A stretch of DNA of 63,708 nucleotides, filler included, from Reticulomyxa filosa (GCA_000512085.1; 16 parts of 16 records of this genome joined end to end with filler, not necessarily neighbours in it); one strand, 5' to 3'. Shown: positions 38,076-50,494, counted from the first letter of the whole stretch. Made by a program: numbers and translations. Notes: generated by a model from the letters alone, not told the origin.

Positions 38076-39424
38076 TAAATATAAAATTTTTCCAAATTCT
38101 TTTTTTAGTGTTTGTTCTTTAAATGCAAAATAAGTTTGTTTTATTTGTTTTGTAAGCTTTTTTACAAGAAAAGATAAACTTGTTAATTCGATTTTCTTCA
38201 ACAAAAATGTGCACAATCGCTACGACTGATCCTTGTGAACTCTTTTGTTTTAAAAAATACTTATGAAAAATCGCTTTGTATTGAAACAACAGGTAAAATT
38301 AGAAAAAAAAAAAGTCTTTTTGTGACGATAATCAGGAAAGCTGAGGCGCTTAGCGGTCGTTTCAACAGAATGGAGAAAAAGGGACCACAGATGATTAAAA
38401 GTCCTTGCTGATAAAATACTTTTTTTTAAAAAAATAAGTTTCGAATTTTAATGATGTTTGGTTGGTTGTGCTTTAGGTCTTTTTGGGCTGAGAAATGATG
38501 AAAATCTAAAGTGGAATTGATTTTTTGCCACTTGGGCTTTGTGGAATTTTTTTGGTATCTTTAAATTTGAAATTGCTAATAAAACTTTCAACCTTTGAAA
38601 TGCCCTTCAATTTCAAATGCTAGAATTTCTAAACGTAAAAATGTTTGAAGATGAAAATTTATTAAGACTACAATCTTGAGTATGCTTACTTAGAACTTTT
38701 TCTACTTTTTTTTGAAATTCCGATTAGCATAAAAATAAGTATCACATTGGACATATTGCACTGATTTTGGGTCGCATGTGTAAAACTGTTTTCTCTAAGC
38801 AAGTTAAGTTAAAACGTGGTAGATTTTACGCACATTTAGTTTGAATTGTTGAACGAAAATTGGTTTTATTTTGTTTTAACAATTTGAGGAAGTGGTTTCA
38901 TTGTCAACTGGGTTAGACTGGACATGTCCACTTTCAGTGTCTTTGACAATTTCATTTTGTGTTACACAAGTGGGGTCTGTTGTATTACTATTGCTACGAT
39001 CATCTCCTTGAGACTGTGGAAGAAAAGCATTGGAAATCACTCTTTTGCTAAAAAGTAAAACACAAGTATTTTATTTTTTTAACTAGCCGGGGTCCCTTGC
39101 CCGATCGTCGAGAAGTCCATTGTTTATTTTTAAAAGAACAAACAACGAATGTCCAAAAAACGGTGATGTTGAATGACAAGAATGTTGTCACTAAAATGTA
39201 TCATGTTCAATCTTTCCCACTATCTTTTTTCAAAACGAAGAACGGTTTACAAAACCAAATCATCTTTAGGAGTATGACGTATATCACATTTGGAAATAGT
39301 GATATAATAGAATCTCATAGAAAAACAGTCATACAAGTATTTCCTTGAAGAAAAGGGAAATAGAGATTGAAATAACTATGCAAACAAATTCGTAAATAAT
39401 ACTCAAAATGGCTTCGAGAAATTG

Positions 39425-39670
39425 TAGAAACATGTAAAGCAAGTCCGTAATATAGATTACTGAACTCTAAAAGAGTTGAGAAGCCCACAGTGGGTTAAAC
39501 TTCTACACAAACTTTTCTTCCATCTTTGTTTGTGTTCTTTCTTTTATTATGTTATTCATCTTCTATTTACTTAATTTACCTTTGTTTTATCGAAAACAGA
39601 TCTCTTTTTGAGTAAAACTTTTCGTATTACATTTAATGTCGTCTCTTATCAGCAGCAGACGTCCCACAAA
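39425..39670. repeat. Dispersed repeat family A, copy 2
   Basis: Same-orientation homolog of 1570-1820. Confidence 0.75.
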
Positions 39671-40037
39671 CAGTATAGACAAATAACAATTCCAAAATTA
39701 TAACGCTTTGACTGAATGTTCTTTTTCCCAAAACTCAAGACAAAAAATAATTTTTCTTGATTTTTTTTACCACACTGTGGTTTTCTTTGGTTGATCGAAT
39801 TGGTTTTTATTTTTTCTTCTATTTAAGGAAGCAGATTGTATGAAATTTTTATTGTGGAAAATTTTTGTCTGATAATATCTAGTTTTCAATGTTACTAAGC
39901 ATGGAAAAACTCTAGAATGTTTTTTTATAGCTTTATTTCTTATGCAAAAAGGGCTTGTTAATTGATATTATGTTTAGTAGTATGCCTGATATGATTTTAG
40001 AACTGAAGAAAAAAAAAGGATGTTATACAAAAATATC

Positions 40038-42341
40038 ATGAAAGACAAACTAAGCAAACTGAACAAATTCAACATCCTAATACTTCAATTTTCTTTCGAG
40101 ATTTGGAAGATTTGCTTATTCCACCTTTTGAAAGATTTTTATTGATCGCTTTCAAACTCGGAAAGCTTTGCCTACTACACTTTCTGAAAGACAACAACTT
40201 CTTATTGACCCCTTTCAAACTCTGAAAGCTTTGCCCATTCCACTTTCTCATTCTCAGTGTATACTACACAAACACGAAATCCTCATTTGTGGAGGTAAAG
40301 ACGAAAGAGCTTGTTATTCTTATCATACACTCAAAAATGAATACAAGTTTATCTGTGAATATCCAAGTCATGTTACATTAGATGGACACTGTGTAGTGAA
40401 ACTGGTAAATAACAACAACAAAGACAACAATCAAATTACTTTGTTGTCTTTTGGTGGAAAATATAAACATACGTTGGTGATGAAATATGTAAGCATTTGG
40501 AATGACGAAGACAACAAATCAAAGGAATTAAATGAATTAAACAATTACAATGAATGGGTTCCTTTTACAGACAATTACAACCATCCAATTACCATTGGAA
40601 GCGATAATGAAATTTATGAAGGAGTGCGTGCAGTGATTGGTGGACGTAACAATAATTTGTTATTTAGCACTTATCTTTATTGTAATATTAGTGTGTTTGA
40701 TTTAAATACATATGATAAATTACCAGCTAATAATTATATTGAATATCATTGCTTTGTATCAAATTCAGAAAATGGACAAGAACAAGAAATGATGGATATA
40801 AATCAAGAAAAAAATACAAAAAATTATCAAATGTTTTTGTTTTATAAAGATATAGGACTGTCAATTCGATATAATGAAAATAGCAACACTTTTCAATTTC
40901 ATCAACTACTTGTTTGTGATGATATTGCGCCATTATTTAAATATGCATATGTATGTATCAATGATATTATCTTGTTCTTTGGTGGGTGGAATATCAATAA
41001 TGCTGCTGTTTCAAAATCAGTGCATCAGTATTTAATTCGAAAAAACAAATGGATGACATTTAAACACTTTTTACCCGATCCATTAGAGAATTGTGTTGCA
41101 ATACTGAGCAAAGAAGACAATAATATACATATCATTGGAGGAAGAGATGATAATAGGAAAACAGTATTAACTCACATAAATATAAAAGCGTGTGCATTGG
41201 ATACTCTGCATCTGGTAATGATTTGTCTTTTTATTTTTTTGATGATCAATAGAATAAATTATATTACATAAATTACAAATAATGAACAGTCAAAAAATGA
41301 AATAAAATGTATCACTCAATATTGGATTCGAGTTTTAACGATAAAATTAGGATGGATCGATGAATTTAACAAAATTGTTATCAACTATGTTAAGTAATAT
41401 TTTTTTTTGTAAATAAATGATTGTTATTATATAATTTGCATTTTCAAATAGGTAAAAGGTTATCAATTGTTAATGGTTTTACAAGGACATGACAAAGCAG
41501 TAAGCAGTGTAAGATTTTCTGCAGATGGTCGCAAGATTGTTTCAGTATTATATAATAATACTGTTCGAATATGGGATGTTTCATCGAGAGAACAGCTTCG
41601 AATTTTCAAAGGGCATACTAAATTTTTCTTTACTGCAAAATTTTCACCAGATGGGCATACTGTTGTTTCATGTTCAAGTGATGGAACAATTCGATTATGG
41701 GATGTCAATAGAGGCACTGAGATAATAAAATTACAAAGAGATTTTGATGAGATATGGGATGTTGATTTTTCTCCAAATGGAAGATATTTGTGTCAGGTTT
41801 TAAAGATAACACAATAAGATTATGGGATATACATTCTGGAATAGAAATGAATCAATTATTAGGACATTCAGAAAGTGTACTTAGTACACAATTTTCACCA
41901 GATGGTAAAATGATTGTATCATCATCAAATGATACAACAATTAATTTGTGGAATGTAGAATCTGGTGAATTATTGAGACAATTCAAAGGACATTCTCGTA
42001 GTGTAACACGTGCAAGATTTTCTCCAGATGGTAAATTTATTGTATCATGCTCAGCTGATAATACAATTCGAATATGGGATATTGAAACAGGAATATAATT
42101 GAAAATATTGAAAGAACATACAGGTTATGTGGATGATATACAATATTTTCCAGATGGTCAAACGATTGCATCATGTTCAAGAGATAGAATAGTTCAATTG
42201 TAAAACACAGAATTAGGGGAAAGAATACAAATATTGAACGGAAATTCTGATATGAAATGTGTGGATGTTTCTCAAAATGGGAATAAAATTATATTAGGCT
42301 ATAATGATTGTAAAATCCGAGTTTTTGGATTATTACATTAA
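40038..42341 (+). pseudogene. Kelch-like propeller + adaptor exon + WD40 repeats (disrupted)
   Basis: Kelch-like exon to 41214 (ILICGG, LLSFGG, VIGG, LFFGG, HIIGG), phase-0 exon 41290-41388, and WD40 exon from 41452 (GH..V.SVRFSADG...IWD repeats). Frameshift at about 41790, in-frame TAA at 42096 and about 42201, and frameshifts at the 5' end. Confidence 0.85.
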
Positions 42342-42619
42342 AGGATAAAATTTTTTTTAAGATGTAAGAATTGAAGTAATTTTTTGATTGTGTTCCTTTT
42401 AAATATAATTTTCTGAAGTGAGACTTTTCATTACATGATATTGAACTTTGAAATATTTGCATTTTGCCTATGTCTCAATATAGATGACAGTAAATAAGTT
42501 TCTATTTTAATTTCAAGAAAGTTGTAACATATTCAGTGTTTTTTTTGCGTTTAGTCACTCTTTTTGATTAAATTTTGGTAAAATTTCTCATTATCAAGCA
42601 AAACACACAATTAATGTAC

Positions 42620-42810
42620 GTTTATGCTCAGTTTTCATAAAATGGTAAAATGACTAATCAATACGATTTATGATATGTAATATTGGGAAAAAAATTAAGA
42701 GATTTCAAGGAATTCAAGTAGTTTTTATTTATCACCAGACGGAAATAAGCTGTTTTCGCTAGGTTTTGTTCGAGTATGAAGTATTAAAGTCTGGTGAAGA
42801 GATTAAAACA
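42620..42810 (+). pseudogene. Degenerate WD40 fragment
   Basis: YAQFS*NGKM and SPDGNKL remnants resembling the upstream FSPDG repeats. Confidence 0.45.
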
Positions 42811-43344
42811 TTTGAACCGATATATACCATTTTTATGTAAAAAATAAGTACGATCCATCCAAGAGAACAGACTTGTCCATTTTCTTATTTTTTAAAAATT
42901 TATCATGAATGAGCAATTCTGAATCAGTTTTTAAAATTTCTTTAATTGTTCAATTTTTATTGTCGCTCAATATTTTTTTTAATATTAAAATCTTGTTATA
43001 GAAAAAATCAGTTATAAAAATTTGTCAACGATACTCACTCTTTGGAAAAGCAACTAGAAAGGGAATATGTTTTATTTTGGCTTTCCAACTTTTTTCTTCA
43101 CTTTCGATATTCGAAAGCGTCATCTTTTTTTTAGTGAAGGGGTCGAACAAGAAAAAAGTTTGTTGTGTTTGTGAAGAAAACGATTACCTTTGTTTAGAAA
43201 ACTGAACTTTTTAAATTATCTTGGAGCTAAGATAACTTGTCTTAAATTTATTGTATTGAAAAAGAAAGAGAAAATATTTTTTCTTTGAAAAGTTTGATTA
43301 AAAGAAAAGTAAGCTGATATTAAACTTGTTTTATTTTGTTGAAC

Positions 43345-43590
43345 GTAAGTATTGAAAGATATGTTTTATCTTACTTTGTTGTTTAAAAAATTTGGAAAAG
43401 CTGCGTTCGATGTTTTTTAAAGAATTAAAAAATATAACCAATGAAAATTGTATCAAAATATCAAAATAATCTGCAAGATATTTCAAGTATTGTATTTTTT
43501 GTATATAATCGAACAATATTGTCTTTGTAATAATTCATGATATAAATCTTTTTTATTTTGAAGAACACTGAATATTATTAAAAAATTTAA
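43345..43590. repeat. Dispersed repeat family B, copy 1
   Basis: Collinear with 63245-63485 (atgaaaattgtatc.aaatatcaaaataa, caagatatttcaagt, taattcatgata, gaagaacac.gaatattatt). Confidence 0.85.
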
Positions 43591-43876
43591 AGAGTACTGA
43601 AGAAAAAGCTTGAACAAAGCAATAGCAACGTGTCAGTTGTGATTGAACAGATCACAGCCTCATTGCTGATTCAGAATGTAATTTATACTTTTACAAAACA
43701 CAATATGGTGCAGGAAGCAGAATTAACAATACTAAAATTTTTTTGTGAATACTCATTTCACTCCAAACAATTTTAAAAGGACGACTTTTTTTAAATGCAC
43801 TTCCCCCTTTTAAAAATCTAAACTACTTCATAGTTCCTTAACATTAACAATACAAATAACTAAATCTTTCAAAATT

Positions 43877-43943
43877 TTCCTCATTTGTGGAGGTATTTAT
43901 CAAAAGGCTTGTTATTCTTATCATATAATCAAAAAAAAATACC
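43877..43943 (+). pseudogene. Isolated Kelch-family first-blade fragment
   Basis: LICGGIYQKACYSYHIIK, a nucleotide match to 40281-40345 (cctcatttgtggaggta...gcttgttattcttatcata). Confidence 0.75.
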
Positions 43944-43984
43944 ATCTGATGAAAGTTGTATCTTTTTCCAAAATGTAAAATTTG

Positions 43985-44085
43985 TTCTGTTAATCATATT
44001 TGCTCACAACATAACAAAACGAATACAAATATTCAATATGGACATATAATTCAACAAATTTATGATTTTATTTTTTTAAAAAGAA
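43985..44085. repeat. Dispersed repeat family C, copy 1
   Basis: ttctgttaatca.atttg...aacaaaacgaatacaaat shared with 58757-58835. Confidence 0.65.
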
Positions 44086-45091
44086 AATAAATGGTTTTTT
44101 TGTAACAAGATTTAATAGTTTTTCTTGTTGTTGCAAAAAAAGAGTTTAAATCTGTAATTGTATTTTCTATTGTCTCTTCAAGTGACATTTTGTATTTTGA
44201 GTTTGGACATAACAACAAAAGTTCAAAAAAATATAAAAAATCACATGAATATGTTGTATATGTTGGATTACTTTTCTTATATCAGTAAATTAAACAATAT
44301 TTATTACATCATTATTAGCACTGTCACTATTATCAATACTAGTTGATATTAACAATGCTAATAATACATCAGATTAACTTTTGTATTCGTTATCGTGTAA
44401 TAACTATTTCTGTATAATATTTTTCCAAAGCATATTCAAATGAACATCTTTTTAGAAAATGTATATTAAATTATCGCTTGAACATTAGCATGATTATTTT
44501 GAAATATATTTAAATATAATTAATGACTAATGTAACTCAAAAGAAAAAAAGATAACTGAGTTGCTTCAATGTATGCTAAGATAACAATTGGTATTTGAAT
44601 CAAATCAAGATTATTTTAAGAATTTTCTTTTCAATTAATTACAATTATATCACTTATAGTTATAACAATTGTATATAATAGTAATTGTGAGAAAATAAAA
44701 TTCAGGATCCAGGTATTCTATTATTTGTCGAATCCTTAAAATTAATTTTATTTACATATATTATCTGAATCCTGAATTTTTTTCTGGCAAAAATCTATTT
44801 ATAAAGGTGTTTTCAATGATATTTTGACGACTTATGATTTGACAATTAAAATTGTCAAATTTATGCAACTTCTTAACATAAAATATTGTCAAATGATGTG
44901 AATTTTAACATAACAATAAACTGATAATGTGCATTAAATTAAATTGTGTTTATATCAAATTGATTGAATAAATGTCAATGATTTTATCTTATTCTTGGTT
45001 GTTGGAATGTTAAGTTAAAGAAAAAGATTGTTATTTCAAATTCAATTGATAAAGTAAATGGACGACATTACAAAATGCTATACAAACTGCA

Positions 45092-45590
45092 TTGATGCAA
45101 TGTGTAGCATTTAATAAAAGAAATAAATTTGTATATGATGTTGGTGATTACAACGAACAACAAAAAGATATATCACAAAACATGAAAATGTATTTTGATG
45201 ATATTAAACAACAGGTAACAATATGTAAAATAAAAGTGATAAAAAATGCATTTAGTGAATATAACATTAAAGATGTTAGAAGCCTAACAGTGTGAAGAAT
45301 ATATTACTAAATTCTATGAGATATTCTATACTAAATTGGGATATACTTTTGTTTTTCTGAATGATAAAGTGACTTTAAATGATATTGAAAATCTTCTACA
45401 AATATTAAATTGACAAACAAATTTGTACAAATATGATGGATTGATCGTACTTATTTGTGGACATGGATGCGAAGACATGTTATTAACAAGAGTAAAAAAT
45501 ATATATCAATAGGACAATTATGTGATATATTCGTTTCGGATAATCTGAAAATGTTTTGTGATTTAACGAAAATATTTATAGTTGAAAGAA
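45092..45590 (+). pseudogene. Caspase-like (peptidase C14 p20) pseudogene
   Basis: KVIKNA, FYEIFYTKLGYTFV, YDGLIVLICGHG (CGHG at 45456-45467), then DLTKIFIVE (about 45560-45586), truncated just before the expected ACRG. Stops and frameshifts are present. Paralog of 51609-52029. Confidence 0.75.
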
Positions 45591-46119
45591 TAAATTTGAG
45601 TGTGGTTTTGTTGTAGATTTTGTGTTGTTTAAGAATTGTACAAAAATATTTTTATGGTGTTTTAATTAGCAAAAATTTGGTCGCTTTTGGTATTGAAAAA
45701 AATTAAAAAAATTCTATGAATCAGAAAAAAAACTGTATTTTATCATCATAGAGAAAAACAATAAAAATAAAATAAAAGTTGGAATTTAAATAGTTAGTAA
45801 CAATTTCTTATTGTTGGAGAAAACGCATTAATAACAGTTAACTTTTATTGTGAAAATTTCACACAAAATAATGCTTTTCAATTGTTACTAAAAAATATTT
45901 ATATTTTGTTATAAATATTATATGCAAATACACTTTGATCTTGTGATCTAGCAAAAATGAATTTATAATCACTAAATGTTGAATAATTGATGCTCCATAC
46001 AATGAGCATATGCATAATTAAAATTTTGATTAATTTGGACGATTTAAATAAATCAAATACAAATTTAGGTGGATATTGAGTTATAGGTCCAAGTCTTTAA
46101 GACCATCCTCAAACATATT

Positions 46120-46480
46120 AGGCTAGTTGAAGATGATGTGGCGGTCAAAGTCGACTTCAAAAATGCTTTTAACGCATATAGAAAATCAATAGTTCTCAAA
46201 CTGGTGGGAAACAAATAACTGAAATGTTCGGATACTACATCACACACAACAATCTTCTTACCAAACAAATATATGATACAATCACGTTCGAGAGTCCACT
46301 TACATCATGCATATATACACTATTAAAGCGTGCAGGACTAAGTCACAAGCAGGAGGTCGTGCCACCAACAGCAACAACCGACCTGGAGATATCATGATTA
46401 GATTGTTCAACGATGACATGGATCGTACCTTCTTCGATATTGGAATAACACACAAAAATATAACAAACAAACTACCTGGG
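46120..46480 (+). mobile_element. Relic of an RLE-type (CRE-like) non-LTR retrotransposon
   Basis: RT motif VKVDFKNAFN (46144-46173), decayed RHN motif *YNHVRE (46274-46294), and, in frame with it, RPGDIMI...FFDIGITH (restriction-like endonuclease pattern). Confidence 0.7.
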
Positions 46481-46527
46481 AAGTCCATTGCCTTTTTTAT
46501 TTTATATGTAAATTTATGTCCAAACAG

Positions 46528-46785
46528 TCCGAAGAAGAAGTTATTCAAGTAATTGTGCAATACTGGATCAGTGTATTACACGCCAAATTTGGCTGGATAA
46601 ATGAATTAGAAAGAACTGTTGTCAATTGTGTTAATTTATTTGTATTTTCTTTTTTAAAAAAATAACAAACAAAAATATTTAAGCTGTTCAATTTATGTTG
46701 GCATGCTTCGATCGTCACTCAAATCAATTAATACGTTCGCTAGACATAATGGTATTATAAATGCAAACAGCAGTGTAAATATTGG
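46528..46785 (+). pseudogene. Adaptor exon plus decayed start of a WD40 exon
   Basis: AG/GT-bounded 102-nt exon 46528-46629, SEEEVIQVIVQYWISVLHAKFGWINELERTVVNC, homologous to 41290-41388. It is followed by MLRSSLKSINTFARH, resembling a WD40 lead-in. Confidence 0.7.
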
Positions 46786-47744
46786 TCATATGAGTGCAAA
46801 TGAACACGCAAACTTTAACATTTAGAACAGCATATTATAGAAGATGTAGCTAGTAGTATTGATATTAACGTTAACACATTATGTAATAATTTTCAATTAC
46901 CAATTCTTAATTTAATACAAAATCAAGGTGATAGTATGCAAAATCAAAGATTGTGACAAAATTATACATGTATGTGTAGTTCACAATGTGCTAATGAAAA
47001 AAAAAATTGTATGCCGAAAACCAAGGATTGAATGAAATCATTAATGCATACAAAAATCTTGAAGAATCAATTAAGTATTCTTGTAATACATTAGAACCTA
47101 AAAAAAGGACACATGCGGACAGTATAACAGATTATGACAAGATCGAAACGACAAAGACTAGCAAAAAATTTTGCCAATATACAAAAAAAGTATTGTAAAT
47201 AGAATTTCTCTATTATTTTGCTTATTAGTTAAAAGTGCAATTGAAATCAAAGAGAAAATATTTTTATTAGTGGATTTTAATCTTTTTTTCATATCATTGA
47301 ATAATCAAAAATTATTTTTAAAAGTCGTATTCTTTGTTATATTTTTTACAAAGTGTAATACGAAAGTAAGAAAGCTTTTTTGTTTCAAAAGACGTTTTAG
47401 TGAGAAAAGGGAGCTTACAATTTCTTTAAATCTTGTCAAAAATCAGTAGAATATCATCCTACATATGATACAAGAAAGTAATCAAGTATTTTAATAATAT
47501 ATTTAATATTTTTGCAAAATCAAAACAATTTTACTGTAACATAGTCCAAATTAGACAAGTCACACAACTATTGTATTTGCATGAATTTTGTATGGCCTAT
47601 CTTACTTTTATCAAACATCACAAATCTAATTTAAATATTTATAATTTGTTTTTTTGTTGAAGATTTTTATTTCATACAGTTAAAGATGATTACGTTTCAA
47701 TCTAAAATACAGCAGAACGCAAAGTAAAGTTGACACCTAAAACG

Positions 47745-47860
47745 GCACCTTATAGAAATGATTGATTTTCTACATGAAAAAACAACATTCAGACCTAATT
47801 TTTTTTAAAAAATATCTACAAATTGTGCACTTTTTAAATATCATTTTGGTTTTTTATTAA
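47745..47860. repeat. Arm of foldback family D (inverted relative to 50445-50556)
   Basis: gcaccttat..tgattttct.catgaaaaaacaa...aaatatctac.aattgtg...atatcattttggtttt matches the reverse complement of 50445-50556. Confidence 0.75.
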
Positions 47861-48957
47861 ATCTTTCCTAATNNNNNNNNNNNNNNNNNNNNNNNNNNNN
47901 NNNNNNNNNNNNNNNNTTAATTAATTAANNNNNNNNNNNNNNNNNNNNNNNNNNNNNNNNNNNNNNNNNNNNACAGGATGATATTAAAGAATTGAATGAA
48001 AATCAAATTAATGAATATAAAAAAGAAAATAATCAATCATATTCAATGGTAAGTTTTATAAAAATTTGATTGTGGATAATACAATTTGATTTTGTGATAT
48101 TTGATCAAATAAAAGATAATTATATATTGTCAAAGGAAACGAACGTGAAGATTATTGATTGTTATGCATGAAGTTTATGCATTTAAAAATAAAGATGCTA
48201 TTCGTTTATACTATGGTTTAAGAAAAGTAACCATTTGAGTTTGGGAATAAATTAGTTATAATTTTTGACTTCGAAGTTCTCTTTTTTTTGCGAGAGAATG
48301 TTGTTTTCATTATTGAGAGTCATGTCATCAATGTCAGTGTTATGAAGATGACGAGATGAATCGCGATCCACACTTTTCGAGTCATCCAATAGATGCATAT
48401 TATCATGTCTGCCAATCAGCTTTGTGCAGCATCCATAAAAGCAAGTCTACTAAATCCATTTCTGCTATTTGCATTTCATCAGAGATCTTTCTAGGTAGAT
48501 ATTTGAACTTTCAGGAGTTAACTTTATTTTCATTACTTTGAATGATCAAAAATTGTCAAAATTTATTAACTTAAATATTATTTTCTTTCAAAATTAATAT
48601 AGTAAGTTTTTTTTATTATCTTTATTATATTTTACGATTTTATAATTATATATAATATTTTCTTTTTACAAAAAAAAATCTTGGTTTTCTAGTATACATT
48701 GCTAGGCCCTATTTCGATATATTCATGCTGTCGTGTCTATGGAAAGCATTATTGGCTTTACTTTTTAAAAAATTAGTTGTACATACTAAGTCTCAACAAA
48801 TACAAAAAGAGCTCTGGAGTAAACAATTTCAAATTTAATATCTTTTTACCAAATTTTTACATATATATTCTATTAAAGATTAATTTTAATGAAGAAAGTT
48901 GTACTTGGAATATCAACTTTTTTATATTACATTGTAAATGTTTCTGATGATTATTTT

Positions 48958-50242
48958 TCAATGATACAAATTAAGTAATGTTATTATTTCTTTGTTATTA
49001 TCTTCATTAATCACATACAATTCCTTCTTATTTGATCTGATATTACAAAATAGAATCGTATTATCCGATGATCCAGAATACAAATATTTATCATCATTAA
49101 ATGAAATAATTAGAACACAATCAGGATAAAGTTGTAAATTAATCATTAAAAAATAATAATTTGTAATATTTTGATATCGATCATATGTTATTTCATTCAA
49201 AGCAATTACAGGATCCTTTATAATTGAATTGGATAATGGAAATAAATATTCTTTTGGAGTATCTTGTTGTGAAAATAACTTTATTAGAATCAATCGCACT
49301 AAATGGATATTTATTACAAATTTCAACTATATCTATCAAATCATTTTTTGACATTTTTGATAATGATTTTCTTTTTTTTAATGATTTCATTGTATTAATT
49401 TATTTTCCAAAGTATTTTCAATGAAAATTGCAATCTCTTGTGAATTCTACTCTTTTTTCATCAATTTCTGTAATTTATTAAATCCTTTCAATACTTTGTT
49501 ATTAAAATCTTGGATCTGATTATTGTTCAATACATTTTTTGTATAATTTAAAATTGATTCGTTCACTTGATTTTTCAATTTTATCTTTTCCAAACATTTT
49601 TCATAAATTTCTTGTTGTATTGATTTTTAATATTCTAATTGTGGATGGAATGTCATTCATCCAAATCAAATCCTTTTTTCTAATTTGCTGAAATTCACCA
49701 TTAAAATTCCAAATATTATCACAATTTATTCTATTTAATTTCATTCTCTTTTCTTCATCCCATTCTTTCAATTTCTTTTCCAATGCTTCAATTTGTGTTT
49801 TCATTTTTTTCCCATTCCTCTGGAATTTCTATTTCATCCTTATTTTCTTTTTCAAATGGAATTATGTATGGTTTTTCTAATTTCATTTTATTCATTTCTT
49901 TTTTTTAATTAACACACATTTGGCATTTTTAATAATTCATATTAACATGCATTTTCTGTTTTTTATCTTTTGCATTCCATCCATCAATGACATGAATATT
50001 TGCAAAACATTTAGATACTTCCATTAGCAATTTAAATTTGCATTCATTTCATGTTTTCTCTTTCATTGAATACCTATGTACATTCCTTGTTCTTTCATAT
50101 TTGCTATTTATTCCTCCAAGTAAAAAAATAAAATCGTAAAGATATACCAAATGAATAAATAGTGAAATCATTCAAAATAAAACAAATTGGTAATTTTTCA
50201 TACTGAAATATTTTGTTTTGTTCATCATATTTTATTAATAAT
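48958..50242 (-). pseudogene. Kelch-like propeller (3' blades) + linker + U-box + WD40 fragment (disrupted)
   Basis: LLIKYDEQNKIF..FLLGG..VHRYSMKEKT*N (about 49950-50242) aligns to the other Kelch copies. TPKEYLFPLSNSIIKDPVIALNEITYDR (49177-49263) matches a U-box start, and YLYSGSSDNTI is a WD40 piece. Many lesions. Confidence 0.75.
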
Positions 50243-50349
50243 NNNNNNNNNNNNNNNNNNNNNNNNNNNNNNNNNNNNNNNNNNNNTTAATTAATTAANN
50301 NNNNNNNNNNNNNNNNNNNNNNNNNNNNNNNNNNNNNNNNNNTTTTTTT

Positions 50350-50494
50350 AAATATCTACGAATTGTGTAGTTTTTAAATATCATTTTAATTTTAGTTTTT
50401 ATTTTTCATCAAATGAAAGATTCAAATGTTTGAAAAAATTTCGAAAAACTAAAACCAAAATGATATCTAAAAACTACACAATTCGTAGATATTT
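50350..50494. repeat. Near-perfect palindrome / foldback element (family D)
   Basis: Arms 50350-50400 and 50444-50494 are reverse complements at 48/51 positions, with a 43-nt loop. Confidence 0.9.

Noticed and set aside
42096-42203. Stop-codon reassignment (TAA read as sense)
   Set aside because: Intact genes end in TAA/TGA and have no internal stops; these stops co-occur with frameshifts and replace different amino acids.
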